NCBI GenBank assembly: GCA_024137785.1
Contig: JAHRHZ010000022.1
Span: 27,704,377 to 27,768,376 of the forward strand
DNA from: Ginglymostoma cirratum
Lineage: Eukaryota
Length of the DNA: 64,000 nt
Reading direction: 5' to 3'
Shown here: positions 38,146 through 50,874 of the stretch, piece after piece
How positions within the stretch are numbered: position 1 is the first letter of the stretch
Layout of the letters: each line of letters begins with the position of its first letter
Notes under the pieces: model-generated
The model's database searches: none
The model's input: the letters and a program-made list of their open reading frames with translations, nothing else
What the model was told of the DNA's origin: nothing
Made by a program: the position numbers and the translations under genes

Positions 38146-38196
38146 ACTCAATGCATGTACACTAACTGTGCGTATTCTGAAAGAATGTTTACTCAG
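38146..38196 (+). CDS. RBBP6: Candidate extra in-frame cassette exon (TQCMYTNCAYSERMFTQ)
   Basis: Pyrimidine/C-rich tract then acacacag| acceptor; perfect CAG|GTGAGT donor; 51 nt, phase 0-0, no stop. Confidence 0.5.
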
Positions 38197-38310
38197 GTGA
38201 GTTTGTGACTAAAATGTGAGAGTAATGACCAGACTGTCTATTTGGGTTTGAAATATGTGCCTTATCATGGTTTAAATGTGAATGTCTGTATTTAATTCTT
38301 CCATTAACAG

Positions 38311-38355
38311 ATTGATGACTCTGGAACATCTATCTCTCTGGCCCAGCTTACAAAG
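38311..38355 (+). CDS. RBBP6: RBBP6 exon 4 (IDDSGTSISLAQLTK)
   Basis: Acceptor ttaacag|, donor AAG|GTAGAA; 45 nt. Confidence 0.95.
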
Positions 38356-41300
38356 GTAGAAAATGTTTCTTTTTTGCTGTTAGTGGTGTTTTTTTCCCCT
38401 GCAAATTCAATTCATTACAGAGTTTTTAATTGTACTAAATGTTGCACTAATCTGTAATTGTCCCATGCATTATCTAATGCAAATTTACATTAATGCATTG
38501 TATATTTTGCATAATGTTACATATATTCGAATGCATCTATATTGTCATTAAAAGTATTGTATCTTATGTGTACATGTTAGTAACGTGAAACGTTAATACA
38601 TACTGAATATCCTGTAAAGAGTGAGTGATATGGGGAAGATGGAAGGGGAGTCCCTCGACAGCCTCACCTAGCTACCATAATGCTCGTCTACCTCAGTCAG
38701 CCTTGAAAATACAGCAAGATAAAACCATAGCTATTTGTCTTTTTTTAAATCTGGGATGTAGTGAATGCCGGATGGGTTATTTCACCTCTGATGGCTTTGA
38801 ACATCTCTCCAATAAAGAACGTGGTAGAAGAATGAAAAGCCCCAGATCACTGGATACCGTGATTGGTACGAAGGTTCTCGCCTTTAGCACCATCAAATCA
38901 GTGTATCGCTGTAAACAAAAAGACTGTTATCTCAGCAATTCAGCCAGGAAATAAAAACTACCTCTGTTGTTATTGAAACTATAAATTTTGTGTGTAAGTT
39001 TTTCCTGAATTTTATAGCAATGTCTACAGTTGAATAACCGTGAATTGAATAAGTGTATGCCAATCCCCTATGTTGTATTGACCCATGCATAGCTTAGCAT
39101 TGACCATGTAAATGTAAACCGTTAAACACAATAAACTATGTTCTCTAAGACCATATGTTGGAAAGGGTCTATATGGGTGGTCATTTGTTTGAACGCAGAC
39201 TGTAAATCAATGTGATTTTTTTTTTGTTGTTTTTGTGTCTTGGCTGATCCCTAGGGAGAGACAAGTGTTAGTCATGTTAGTGGATGCTTGTGCCATGAGG
39301 GGGAAAAGATGCAGAAACCAGTTACCACTCTATATATTTACATTGCCTAAGCTTACTGTACTTGCCCTCCTGTTTTGTAGATTTCACTAGACCATCTGAG
39401 TTCAAACCCAGAGTTACACTATGCACAGGAAATGCATCTTCATTTTAGGGATAGAAAATCTGCAGAACCCCACACGCATTCACTGGTATCTGCAGTTGAT
39501 CATTTGTAGTCTCTTTTAATCTAATGTGAAAAGCTGTTTGGGTTCCAAAAAATCTGTTTTGAGTGAGTGGTACAGTTAAACCTTGATGGGATCAATCTCT
39601 ATTTGCTGCATCATGGAATGAAAGTTAAATTACTGAGTAGCCCTTAAAGAATGGGTAAACAATGAGATTTTGTCATCTGATGAACTAAATTTGCACTCAT
39701 GACGTGGATTTAAATGTTCCAGTTTGCATCTTGTTGAGTGACGTTCGAGCACTGAGGTTTGTTCATCCATTGAAATGTAGTGGTTTCTTTGTGTAGCCTT
39801 CTGTATTCCCAGTGATTTGATCCTAATTATTTGTGACATACTTAAATGCAGTTTGAATTCTGTTTGAAATAGAGGTTGCTTTAGAATATATTTTCATTCT
39901 CAACTTCAGAAGTCAGACGATCTAATGGGACAGGTCACAGTGGATGTTCAGCAACTTGTGACCTCCCTCTTTTTCACTTATGTATCGGCATTCCATATCG
40001 ATATATGGATATCTTGTTCGTTCATCCATCTGCATGGGTGGTTTTTGTACTGCATGGAAGAAAAAGAATATTTCCTCTTCACCAGTAGAGGTGATGCATT
40101 GATTCCAGAGTTCTGCTTGAAATCTGCTGTACTTAAAAGAAGGCATTTCCTAGCTGCAACTCATACTTCTACCTATTCACTCTTCCAGTGGGTTCCATCA
40201 AATTCCAAGGACTAGCCACAAAGAAGAGGTTCAAAACTGACCAGTGTTTCTCAAGAACTGTAATTTTGCTAGTAGCAAAACTAACTCCACAATATTCAGA
40301 GTTGATATCAAATACAAATACTTCAATATAAATCTAAATGTCATACGGTAGGAAGGTTTCCTCAATCCAGATTATTTCCAATTTGCTTAATTGGCTGATA
40401 TCAAGGAAGTTGTTCAAATCATGCTATGACTATTTGGCAAACACTTGAACAAAATAGTCTTGGTATCTCGGCTGAGTATCTTGTCCATAATATCCGACTT
40501 AGAGAAGTTTAAATTTGCTGCACGAAGGTCCAGAAGCTTGCTTCTATGAAGGTAAGTGCTGCAGTGTAGCAGCATTTGAGTCCTGCCTGGGAAAGCTTCA
40601 GTCATTCAGCTGGAAAACTAGACTTCCTAACTGAAGCATATGATATGAAATACACAAGATAACGCAAAAGAATCCATGGTTTGTCTGTATATCAAGTTGT
40701 GTATGCAGGCTGTTTGAGCCATTGGAAGATGAAGATAATTGCATATCTTCATCACTTGATACCCTTTAAATTATTTGCTGCAAGCACAGAGCACCAGTTA
40801 TTGAATCTTGACTGAAATTCCTGAACTTGTGATTTCTGAATTTCATCTCTCCCTATTACTTAACGATCACTCTGAATTTGGAATCCTATTTCATTCGTGA
40901 GGCTTTGAGAAGATCTTGATTACAACTTGGAGTACAATATTTAGAAATCTTGAAATTGGATCGGCCAATGTTAATTTCTCACCCATCTCCATTTGTGTGG
41001 CACACGCATTCTGCTGTGTTATCTAGCCAGAAGGGAAAAGGTTCTTGTTCTTGTTTTCCTTCCTCTCCAAAATCAGTAATTTACAGTATTCATTCTTGGG
41101 TCTATTGTGCTCCCCATTCCTTGCATAAATTTTCCCATCATATTTCAAATTCCAACTACTGAACCCTGCCAGCTTACCTATCAGCTAACTTGACTACAGG
41201 TTTAATTTCTGTGTTGGATTCTGCATGGATAGCTTTAGCTTAGAATAAAACTTGTTCCTAATGCTCAATATTTGAGTAGATTGGATTGACTGCTAAAAGT

Positions 41301-44064
41301 CATGGATTTTAAGCTCCCTGCTTTTTTTTTTACACAAAGACGACTCTGAAAGTGATCTGGGAATGCTCCCTGAATTGGGTAGTGTAGAAATGAAAATCTA
41401 AATGACAGGATTGGTTTAAGATTTTGTTTTACTGTGTGGAATGATTTGAAGAATCTGAAATATTGCAACTAAAGGTGAGAATACACGAGTTCCTTGACAC
41501 TAGCAAAATAAAAACAGGCCCACTTTCAGGGAGTTATTACATAGAGAGAATTTCTGTTCACAATTGAAGTTGTTTTTTTTTCCATCTGCAGTACCCAGAA
41601 TAGTGAGTCTTTTGATTTGAGTCAATAGTTAACTATACTGCTGTTTGGTGCAAAATTGTTTTACTTGAATATTGTTACCATTCAGTATCTTGAAAGTACG
41701 ATATTTGACCAACCTCTGCTTCTGAGGTGGATTCTGAAATTAGGACATGTAAATGTAGAACTTTGAGGTAATTGCCACAATCATTGCTGGTTGAGTTGTT
41801 GGGTTATCCAGCTTACTGGTCTGGATAATGAAGGGATATTAAGAGAAAGTCAAATTATAGTTTTGGATTATAGTTTCGGATAACTAAGTTTACAAATTGG
41901 CAAGTTTAAGTGTCTTCTGAGTTAATAGGGTGGTTGTTAGAATGAAGTCGGAAAATCGCCAAGTTATGATACAGGACAGGGAAACCATTCAGACCGCAGA
42001 GTTGGGGAATTTTGTTCTAATGTGAGTAATCATTGTCAAGAGTTTATATCAAGGCTGGATTCTGTTATGGGGAGGATATCAGTTGTGGTTGAGCATTTGC
42101 CTGAAATATTAAGACATGTGGTTAGCTGATGACAATATTTTACTTCAGTTTGTTCACTTATGACGATACACGTGTTATCTGCCTATTATAAAGGGGGTAC
42201 TGTGCTTAGTTGAGAGATTGCTATTTTACTGGGTAATACCTGAACTACAGCAAGTTATCAGTGTTAAGTGAATGGATTGTACTTGATGCTAAGTTTTTCA
42301 GAATAAGGGAAATGCTGTCAGTTATGTGCCACTTGTCTGGGTGATTTTTTTGCTTTGGACAAGGCTTCAGCGTGTGTGCTGATTCTGAATGGATGATAAA
42401 AACTGGCAGTGTGATATGCCTAGAATTGCTTGCAGACCATCAACTACTATGATTGCATTAAAATAAATGCTAGTCCCATTTTAGATTTCGTCTGAAATCT
42501 CCCCATCGAACTGCATGATGGCAGGTCTGTGGGGCTCAACTACATTAACACTTTTTGATCTTGTGCAACTATCTCATCATTTGGTTACAAATTGCAGTTT
42601 CACCTGGTGTTGAATATGTAGAAGCAGAAACATCCAATATTTTTTAAAGTACTTGGATGTTTGCCTAAAGTACCATAATGTGCAAGGTTCCTGATCAAGG
42701 TCTGACAGTTAGCCCCTTGTCAGTTGGTACGCAGACGATGGGCTAATTGGCCTCCCTCAGGGTTTTAAATTTTCTGATTCTACTTTATAATGTGGCCCAG
42801 TTGAGGGCCATGCGCTTGCAGAATAGTAAACCCAATGCAAAGTCTTCATCCCTTATGTAATGTTATACACTGCAGTTAATTTTAATTACATGTTTTTAAG
42901 AACCTGGTACTTATTTCAAGTCCAATTAACTTGATGTAAGCAGACCTTGAAAATAAGCACATTCTATTATGTCTAAGTTCAGATTTTGAAGAGTTAATTT
43001 CTAATTAAAATGTCTAAATACCAAATGAAATTATAAATTTAGAAATTAAATGATCACCCACACAAGCAGAATTTAGATGGATTCAACTATGAATTTCCAA
43101 TGAAATGTCAGCAGAGTTGATCATACCAAGTGTTTTACTGTACGTGCATGTGCTGTGCTGCTAGTGTTTGAGAGAGTGTAAATTGTGTGGAATAGAACCC
43201 AAATGGCTAGAAGTGCTTTTGTAGGAGCATTAAAAGGAATTCTCTGCTAGGTCTCTAATACTGGGACTGTCAGGCTAGTTAGAGGTGTTATTTGTAAATT
43301 TGATGGTACGTAAGATTCAAATTTAGAGGGTAGATCCCTTGCCCAGCTTAAAATAGATTTTACAGATTTCTTCACAGCTGCCTTTGCTTTTAAGCAAGTT
43401 TACATTTCCCCCCCACATTTAATTCAAAATATTTCTTTTTATTTTTAACGAACTGGGTTTTTGAACTTTTCACACTGATTTTGCAAAAAGTAAACAATAT
43501 CCTTATCCAGTTCATTCTGCTATTGACCATGCATTCATCATTGGCGTTGTCTTCTGAGACAGTACCAGATTCCATGAAACATGGTCATCGTTGTCATCTG
43601 GCTAACAGCTCATCTAAATAAGCTGCTTCAATAAAATTCTTCCTGGCTATCTTTGTTTAGCAAAAGAGCACCTTTATAAGAAAAAAGACAAATCTAATGT
43701 TAGGATTGTTTTTATATTTGAAACTTTTGAATGGTCAACGTCGACCTTGGAAAATCCTCCTTATATGGTTGTGACATGGCATTAGGGATTTCACTGGAAT
43801 CCTTGGAACATGAGCATTATAATGACTTTGACTTCCTAAAAGTATTATAATTCGGCTACAGGTTACAGGCTTGAGGAACTCTTCCTCCCTCCCCAAGCTA
43901 ATCGACAAGCTGGATGGAAGATGGTTTTATGTAAGTGGACTGACTTATTGATTATACAAGAGCAAAAGGGACAGGGCTTCCTGCTACTCTTTACAGGATG
44001 TGGACTGGAGTGTACAATAAATTCTAGGTGGTAATTATTTTTGTAACACACGCCTATCAAACAG

Positions 44065-44153
44065 ACGGCCAATCTGGCTGAAGCTAACGCCTCAGAGGAA
44101 GATAAAATTAAGGCAATGATGACTCAGTCTGGTCAAGAATATGATCCAGTCAA
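44065..44153 (+). CDS. RBBP6: RBBP6 exon 5 (TANLAEANASEEDKIKAMMTQSGQEYDPV)
   Basis: Acceptor aaacag|, donor AA|GTAAGT; 89 nt. Confidence 0.96.
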
Positions 44154-44258
44154 GTAAGTTGTGAAAAAGATGCTATTCAGAATTTCAATTTGGTAAATAT
44201 TCCACAAATGGAAGCTGATAACGTATATTAATGTTTTTTACTTTTTTTTCCCTCTTAG

Positions 44259-44355
44259 TTACATGAAGAAACCTTTGGGTCCTCCTCCTCCAACATATAC
44301 ATGTTTTCGTTGTGGAAAACCAGGCCATTATATTAAAAACTGCCCAACAAATGGG
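44259..44355 (+). CDS. RBBP6: RBBP6 exon 6 (zinc knuckle CFRCGKPGHYIKNC)
   Basis: Acceptor cctcttag|, donor GGG|GTGGGT; 97 nt; C-x2-C-x4-H-x4-C. Confidence 0.96.
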
Positions 44356-45081
44356 GTGGGTAAACATGGTTCAACCTTTTATTTCATAGTAACAATACTT
44401 TGTGTTCCTCTTGAAGTGGAATCCTGAATCTCCCTGCTTTCCCTGGCCAATGGTTAAACTGGAGGATCGAGTTGGTTTGTTGGAAATGCTTCAGAAATGT
44501 ATTTATAATTTTGTCCTCATGGCAGAACAATGTTGCTCGAGGGTGTACTTTTTTTTGTATTGACGTAGCGTTTTCCAGAATTGAGATTTCAGTGCTTCTC
44601 TTTGTGGTGTCCACTGAAGCACTTGGTCATCTTCTGGTCATGTGACCAGATCTAATGATACTAGACAATTTCACTCCGTCATCCATTATTTGCTGCTGAG
44701 ATGGATGGATTTCCTGCTAACTATTCTTGGTAGAGTTTCATTATAACAAATTATGACATAAGAACAATTAAAATCCTGTTTTTGTCCTGGTATTAGGCTT
44801 GCCAGGCAAAGTGAAATCTGGTTCCGTGGAAAAATTATTCCTTCGTTTTGTTCCAATATGGTTCTCGGTACTCTGCAATAAACTATACAGCTCCATCGTT
44901 GTACTTGTACTTGTGTATCAACTTCAAAGTCAAATTTGTAGCTCTGGGTTGTGTGCTTAATCAGCACTAAATTCTCTAACTGCAGCAGATTGCTAAGGGC
45001 ATGGGAGCAACTCCATTGCCAGCAAGACACTTGCTTATAATTTAAAAATAAATACTTCAATTTTTCTTTGCAAAAATTCAG

Positions 45082-45221
45082 GACAAAAATTTTGAAGCTG
45101 TGCCCAGGATTAAGAAAAGCACAGGGATTCCCCGCAGTTTTATGGTAGAAGTTGATGACCCCAACATGAAGGGTGCAATGCTCACCAATACTGGGAAATA
45201 CGCAATACCAACAATTGATGC
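45082..45221 (+). CDS. RBBP6: RBBP6 exon 7 (DKNFEAVPRIKKSTGIPRSFMVEVDDPNMKGAMLTNTGKYAIPTID)
   Basis: Acceptor attcag|, donor GC|GTAAGT; 140 nt. Confidence 0.97.
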
Positions 45222-45536
45222 GTAAGTATTTAATATTTATTGTCCTGTAATACTGAGCTGCTTATCCAGTGGATAGTCAATCTTAGTTAAAAATCCATAA
45301 TATATATCTAAGGTGAATATGATTACAAAGTTTAGGCTCCCGACTCAACACCTGTGCAATTATCCCAATATAAAGTATTGTACACAATATTTTTATTAAA
45401 TATTTTCCTGTACATTAATTCCCATTTTAAATTCTTCACTGAGTAAACAAATAGGAAATTGCAGTTTTTAAGAAAACTATTTAGTGTTTATCATTGCTGC
45501 AGATTCGTACCTAATAATTAAATATTTGCATTCTAG

Positions 45537-45709
45537 AGAAGCATATGCCCAGGGCAAGAAGGAAAAGCCACCGTTCTTGCCTGAGGAACCCTCCTCATCA
45601 TCTGAAGAGGAAGATCCAATCCCTGATGAACTCTTGTGCCTTATCTGCAAGGATCTTATGATGGATGCTGTTGTTATACCATGCTGTGGGAACAGTTATT
45701 GTGATGATT
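45537..45709 (+). CDS. RBBP6: RBBP6 exon 8 (RING N-half, CLICKDLMMDAVVIPCCGNSYCDD)
   Basis: Acceptor ttctag|, donor T|GTAAGT; 173 nt. Confidence 0.97.
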
Positions 45710-45774
45710 GTAAGTCATCTGAGGAATGCATTTCTATTCACGCAGGCCCTTAAGCAGTCAGTCACTGGGATTCC

Positions 45775-45885
45775 TCTTATGGCTGTGGTTCAGTGAGTAA
45801 CTTTCACCTCTGAATCACTTGGTTCTGGGTTCAAGACCCACTCAGGGCTAGAGCACAACAATCAATGCAGGCACACCAGTGAGGA
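45775..45885 (+). mobile_element. tRNA-derived SINE head
   Basis: GTGGTTCAGTGAG A-box-like and GGTTCAAGACC B-box-like sequence. Confidence 0.5.
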
Positions 45886-46003
45886 AACAAGTCTTTTTCT
45901 CTTATTTCACATTTTTTATGCACTTATTGAAATGTTTTTAGTAATCTTACTTTTCTTTAGCCTTGAATTATATTTGTTCATTTTATTCAATTGCTGTGCA
46001 CAG

Positions 46004-46107
46004 GTATCAGAACATCATTACTTGAATCTGAAGAACACACCTGCCCAACTTGCCACCAAACAGATGTTTCACCTGATGCTTTGATTGCAAACAAATTTTT
46101 AAGACAG
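46004..46107 (+). CDS. RBBP6: RBBP6 exon 9 (RING C-half, CIRTSLLESEEHTCPTCHQTDVSPDALIANKFLRQ)
   Basis: Acceptor gcacag|, donor CAG|GTAATT; 104 nt. Confidence 0.97.
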
Positions 46108-46407
46108 GTAATTCACTTAATGTCAAATTCTTAATTCAAAATTTAAGACTTCAGTCTTGCATATGAAATATGGTTCTTGCTCCTAAATTATATCATTGTA
46201 AATTAGTTTTAGAATTACAAACACATCATCCCTGTGCAGTTCTAGGTCAGTTTGGATCACATTTGTTTGTGATATAAACGATCTCCAAGTTGTTTGAGCA
46301 AAAGGGGAAGCTTGGCTATAAATGAGGAATGAGTATTTGAAGTCCATGTAGGGAATAGAATGGGGGAGTTTCAAATTTATTCTCAGTCATAGTATTCTTA
46401 TTTGCAG

Positions 46408-46784
46408 GCTGTGAACAACTTCAAAAATGAAACTGGTTACACAAAAAGAACTCGCAAGCAACAGCCGACTCAGCAGCAGCGACAAGCTCCATCCCAACAA
46501 ATGCATAATCAACAATCTACTCTGAGGCCATTACCCCTGCTCAACCCTCAGCCTGTTCTTCCAGTAAGCAGAGCAGCTAGCTCAAAACCAGCAGACATGC
46601 CAGTCACCACCACTACTCCGACTGGCCCAGCTTCCCTTCCAAGTACAGCCCCTACCCCAGTACGTGCTCCTTCTCCTGTGAAAACTAGTAGAGCTCCCCC
46701 CACTGCCAACAACCCTGCTCCAGAGTTGTCAACCGCCACAGTTCATGTTCATCCGTTACCTCCAAAGCACGAAGAAGGGGATAT
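46408..46784 (+). CDS. RBBP6: RBBP6 exon 10 (AVNNFKNETGYTKR followed by Gln/Pro/Thr-rich sequence)
   Basis: Acceptor tttgcag|, donor AT|GTAAGT; 377 nt. Confidence 0.93.
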
Positions 46785-47749
46785 GTAAGTTTTGCTCTTG
46801 TCACAAACTTTTAGGGATTGCAGTTACATCTTAGTATCAGATTTGCAAGAAAGTTGTTTAAAAGGTCACATGATGGGGATTTCTGAACAAAAGCAGGCCA
46901 CTCAATCCATAGTATTAGTGCCACTGCTATGTGTTAAATGCAGAAGTAATTTCACCTGTTAGTACCATAAGTCAAGATTTCACTACTTTCGCCTTCAAAT
47001 TATGCCACTTGATTAAATTCTAGTTTGTAACTAATTCGCGAATTTTTTTTACTACCTACCACATTTTCATCTGTAGAAATAGTCATCACAGTACCTAGCT
47101 ATCTCATGAGCAATTTCAAAATTTTCATTTCATCTACTTACTTCAGTACCATTCTAGATGTTAATTGCTCCTTCTGTGGACTGCTTTGTGACAGCACTGA
47201 TCTTAGGCTGTGAATTAATCCTGGGTCCCAGATGTTTAATTCTAAGTTACATTTTTCTAGAATTTACATAATTCTAAGTTATTTTCTCCAATAAATTATA
47301 ATGTTCACCAAACTGGATGACTAAAACAAATATAATTCCTTAAGACAAATTAGCAAGGCCAAAACTTTACAACTGTGTATGATTGCTCACTACTCCTCCA
47401 TGCTTCACCCTAAAATATGTATTAACTCGATCATCGTTAATTTACAAAAATGGGTTTCCAAATATGATTAGATTTTTTCCTTGTGATTATTCGGCTGCTT
47501 GTCTTCACAGAATTGTCCCCTTCCCTGAAAGGGGTGGTGTGGATATGTGCATCACAGAGTGAAAGTTGACTCAATTTAGAGCCTGAATAACACAGCCCAA
47601 TTTATCAATTTGGGTTTGAACTGTCACCCAGCACCTTCAATTAATGGTGAACTTTGAAATATTTGCCCCAAATTATGTAATTTTCCTTCAGCCACATTGC
47701 CTTCCACTTTTCAAAACCCATTCGACTTCTATTTTACTTCTGGAAGGCT

Positions 47750-48960
47750 AGGTACAGAAGTGGGTCATTTAGCCTTCCTGAACTTGTTTCTCCACCATGC
47801 AATGAAATTGTGGCTTATCTGCACCCTTCCATCATACAACCTCCTTTGCCCAATAACTTTGGCATTTTTGGCTGACAAAAATGCCAATCTTAAATCAATT
47901 ATTAACATATCCAAGAGTTGCTATGTGAACCTGTTTCAGACTAGTCATACTGTGCATGAGAAGGTGTTTCCTCATCTTGTTCTTGAGTTTATAATTTTCA
48001 GATTTCCCATCAATGCTGTCCTGTAGGTTTAAACTCCATACCCAGCATAACTAAATTGTCCAAATGTATTGTATGCGTTCCCCTTGATATCTGATACGTT
48101 TGATCAATTTGCCCCTTAATCTGTGAATCCCAGTGAATCCAACTCAAGACTGTGTAATAGAACCACGCAATGTAACCTTTGGAATCCAGGTTCCATTCTG
48201 TTCAATTTATTATGTACTTCTCCCAAGGTCAGTATGTGATTTCTAAGGAGTAGAATGAGTAACAGAATTCAGTTAGCCCAGATCTTTGTCTGCTCTGGAT
48301 CATTGTCTCTTTGAGTTCTATTTTTCTAGCTTCTTGCCATTTACACAGTACTCCTACTATATTCTTTGAGTCTCATGGCAATTTGTTCAAAGTAGGCAAA
48401 TGTACCATTTTCCATGGCTTAGCCCTTTCATTTAATTTGGCAATGTCTCACCCTTCCACACTATTCTTAGTGCTGTCTATCTTCCTGTCAGTGGCAAATG
48501 TGCATATGTGGTTTTCTTTCTGACCTGTGGGTCGTGAATAGATATGCTGAATAGTTAAAGCTTCATTCAAGTTCCTTGCCAACACAAGTCATAACATCCT
48601 ACAAATTGAAGTACCTGTCAGTGATCCCTACTGTCAGTCATTTATTGCTCAGCCAGTTTCCTAACTAGATCAATAATTTGCAGCTTTTGAAAAATCTCAG
48701 AACAAGGGACTTCAAATGCCACCTGGAAGTCTGTTTTAAGTAGCATCCATAGACATTCCTCTGCTCACTACATTAGTCAACTCTTCAAAATATTGAGTCA
48801 GATTTAAGCATGATGTACCATTTTCATATTAACATTGGATCCCTCTGACCAGCAGAAAATGTTCACAAGTCAACCTTAATTGTAACTCCAGCAATTTCCT
48901 GACAGGTACTCAGATAACTGGCCCCTGGTTTTGCTATCTTGCTTTATATAATCACATTCC
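47750..48960 (-). mobile_element. Decayed CR1 LINE
   Basis: Reverse-strand CR1 3' end and RT remnants. Confidence 0.55.
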
Positions 48961-49154
48961 TATGATTGTCATCTTATTTCCCCTTGAAAATTGTTACTTT
49001 TAATATGAATTATGGGAGTAAGCTGACAAACATGAAAACTAATTCACACACTGTTCACACTTCCCCTAAATAATCACTAAACAGGCCATGAGTTGTGACA
49101 TTAAGTTTTAACCAACTGTAAAAGTGAATTGTTTTATTCTTTCTTCATAATCAG

Positions 49155-49245
49155 TGAAATCAGCAAAACGGTTGCAGTCACGACCACAACTGGAACAACC
49201 ACAAGTAATCCATCAGTGTCTACGAGCAGTACCTCTGCCGTGAAG
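49155..49245 (+). CDS. RBBP6: RBBP6 exon 11 (EISKTVAVTTTTGTTTSNPSVSTSSTSAVK)
   Basis: Acceptor aatcag| (a second in-frame AG lies 9 nt downstream), donor AAG|GTAAGT; 91 nt, bridges phase 2 to 0. Confidence 0.82.
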
Positions 49246-50283
49246 GTAAGTCATTGATCATGTGTCAACATTGCACAGTTTGACTTTTATCTTGCATGCG
49301 CTGACAGATAAAGGGTCATATTGACCCACCTTTTAAAATCCTCCAACTTTTACATAGTTTTAATGAACTGAAATTAGCTAGCACAGGCCAAACCTGATAG
49401 TAAAGGCAAGGCATGTGTAACAATTGAGCCCAGGAATGAGAAAACGAAAGGTAGAGAGGGGTAATGGAAAAGATCAAGTAGTAAAAGGATGCCAAGGGAT
49501 CAAAATGGTATGGGTAAAATGAACCTCGAATTCAGGTTTTTCGAATGGGACCCTGTATGCAATTCAATAGCAAATTGCATGTGGCATGGCATTTCATTTC
49601 AGCTATATCATCCTAAAGCTTAAAACTCGGTTTTGGTGACCAAAGTCACAGACCTCCAGCATGCAGAACAATGATGGGATGATTACCCAAAAGCAATATG
49701 TGCATTGCAATTTATATTAGTGGTTGGAACTGGAATGATGTACTTTGAATAAGGTTTCCTTGCAGTCAAATGATATAATAAACTAATCACTAATAAAATT
49801 ATCTTTTACCTATTAAAACATGAAAATTGATGTTTCTTCCCTCGCACAATCATAATGGAAATGAATGGGATGTAGTTTGTTCCAAATTTTTATTCAGTGG
49901 ACCGAGACTTTTCATCCAGCCAGGTTGTGTTACAATGAGAAGACGTTTGTTCAAGTGTTATGCAAGCAGTCCCAGGTTGCAAGCTGGTTCTGTTCGAGTT
50001 TGCTTGCAAGTCAACTTGTATGCAAGCTGGAACACGATGCAGGATGATGTAAAATGGCCATTCATACAGGAAATGTTTGTATGTCAGATCTTAAAAATTA
50101 CACCCTTTTTGGGATTGCACTCATCAAATATGAGCATTCAAAAATTGGGAACCCCTGTCCAAGGATTGAGAACCACTAGAATTTTGTTCAGTTGGAATAA
50201 CTGGGAATGATTAGTTTCACCTGTGATCTAACTAGTGGTCTATCATTGCTTTCATTGGCTTGATTGTCACTGTTCTTTTTCAG

Positions 50284-50344
50284 GGTTATCAGGTTCCTGT
50301 TCTTGGTCATCCAGCTTCACATGGACAATCCATACCCACAACAG
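50284..50344 (+). CDS. RBBP6: RBBP6 exon 12 (GYQVPVLGHPASHGQSIPTT)
   Basis: Acceptor ttttcag|, donor AG|GTTCGT; 61 nt; GYQVPVLG motif. Confidence 0.92.
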
Positions 50345-50420
50345 GTTCGTTTTTAGGAAATGGTTTTCAGATTTGATTGTAAAAATGAATCAAATTAATT
50401 TTTATTAACTTTATGTTTAG

Positions 50421-50478
50421 GTCAGCCAATGAGAAGCAGTGGGGTTCGACCACCAGGAAGCAGACCTGGCTGGGAATT
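50421..50478 (+). CDS. RBBP6: RBBP6 exon 13 (GQPMRSSGVRPPGSRPGWE)
   Basis: 76-nt upstream intron; acceptor gtttag|, donor TT|GTAAGT; RPGWE motif; 58 nt. Confidence 0.92.
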
Positions 50479-50874
50479 GTAAGTCGAAACCATTTGAAAT
50501 TCCTGTATCTAAGCGTAATCCGACTTCAAGAAGCCATTTTACTGTGCCACTGTAGCATTTTTACTTGCATCTGACAATATTGTGGTTTTCCTGTGTGCAC
50601 TTCACATTCTGAATTAAGAACCTCTGTACTGTCTACCTGCAGCAGAGACAAGGGAAGTTTTGGAGTTGGAAAAGAGAAGGGAAGTTCAGCCTATCAGTCT
50701 GGGCTGCATTCTAAGATGTTTAAAAAAAAAACTCCCCCTTTCCTCATTATTTTGGTAATTTAAGAATTCATTTCATTGTAGAAATAATTATATTTCATGT
50801 GACACTGACTCTGAAGCATTCATAGCTATTTTCAGGTCTTTTCATTTGCTATTCAATAAGTCTTAAATGAAGAG

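Noticed and set aside
38625-38954. 109-aa intronic ORF after exon 4
   Set aside because: GTG start, no compatible strong splice sites and no motif; the region is reported as non-coding instead.
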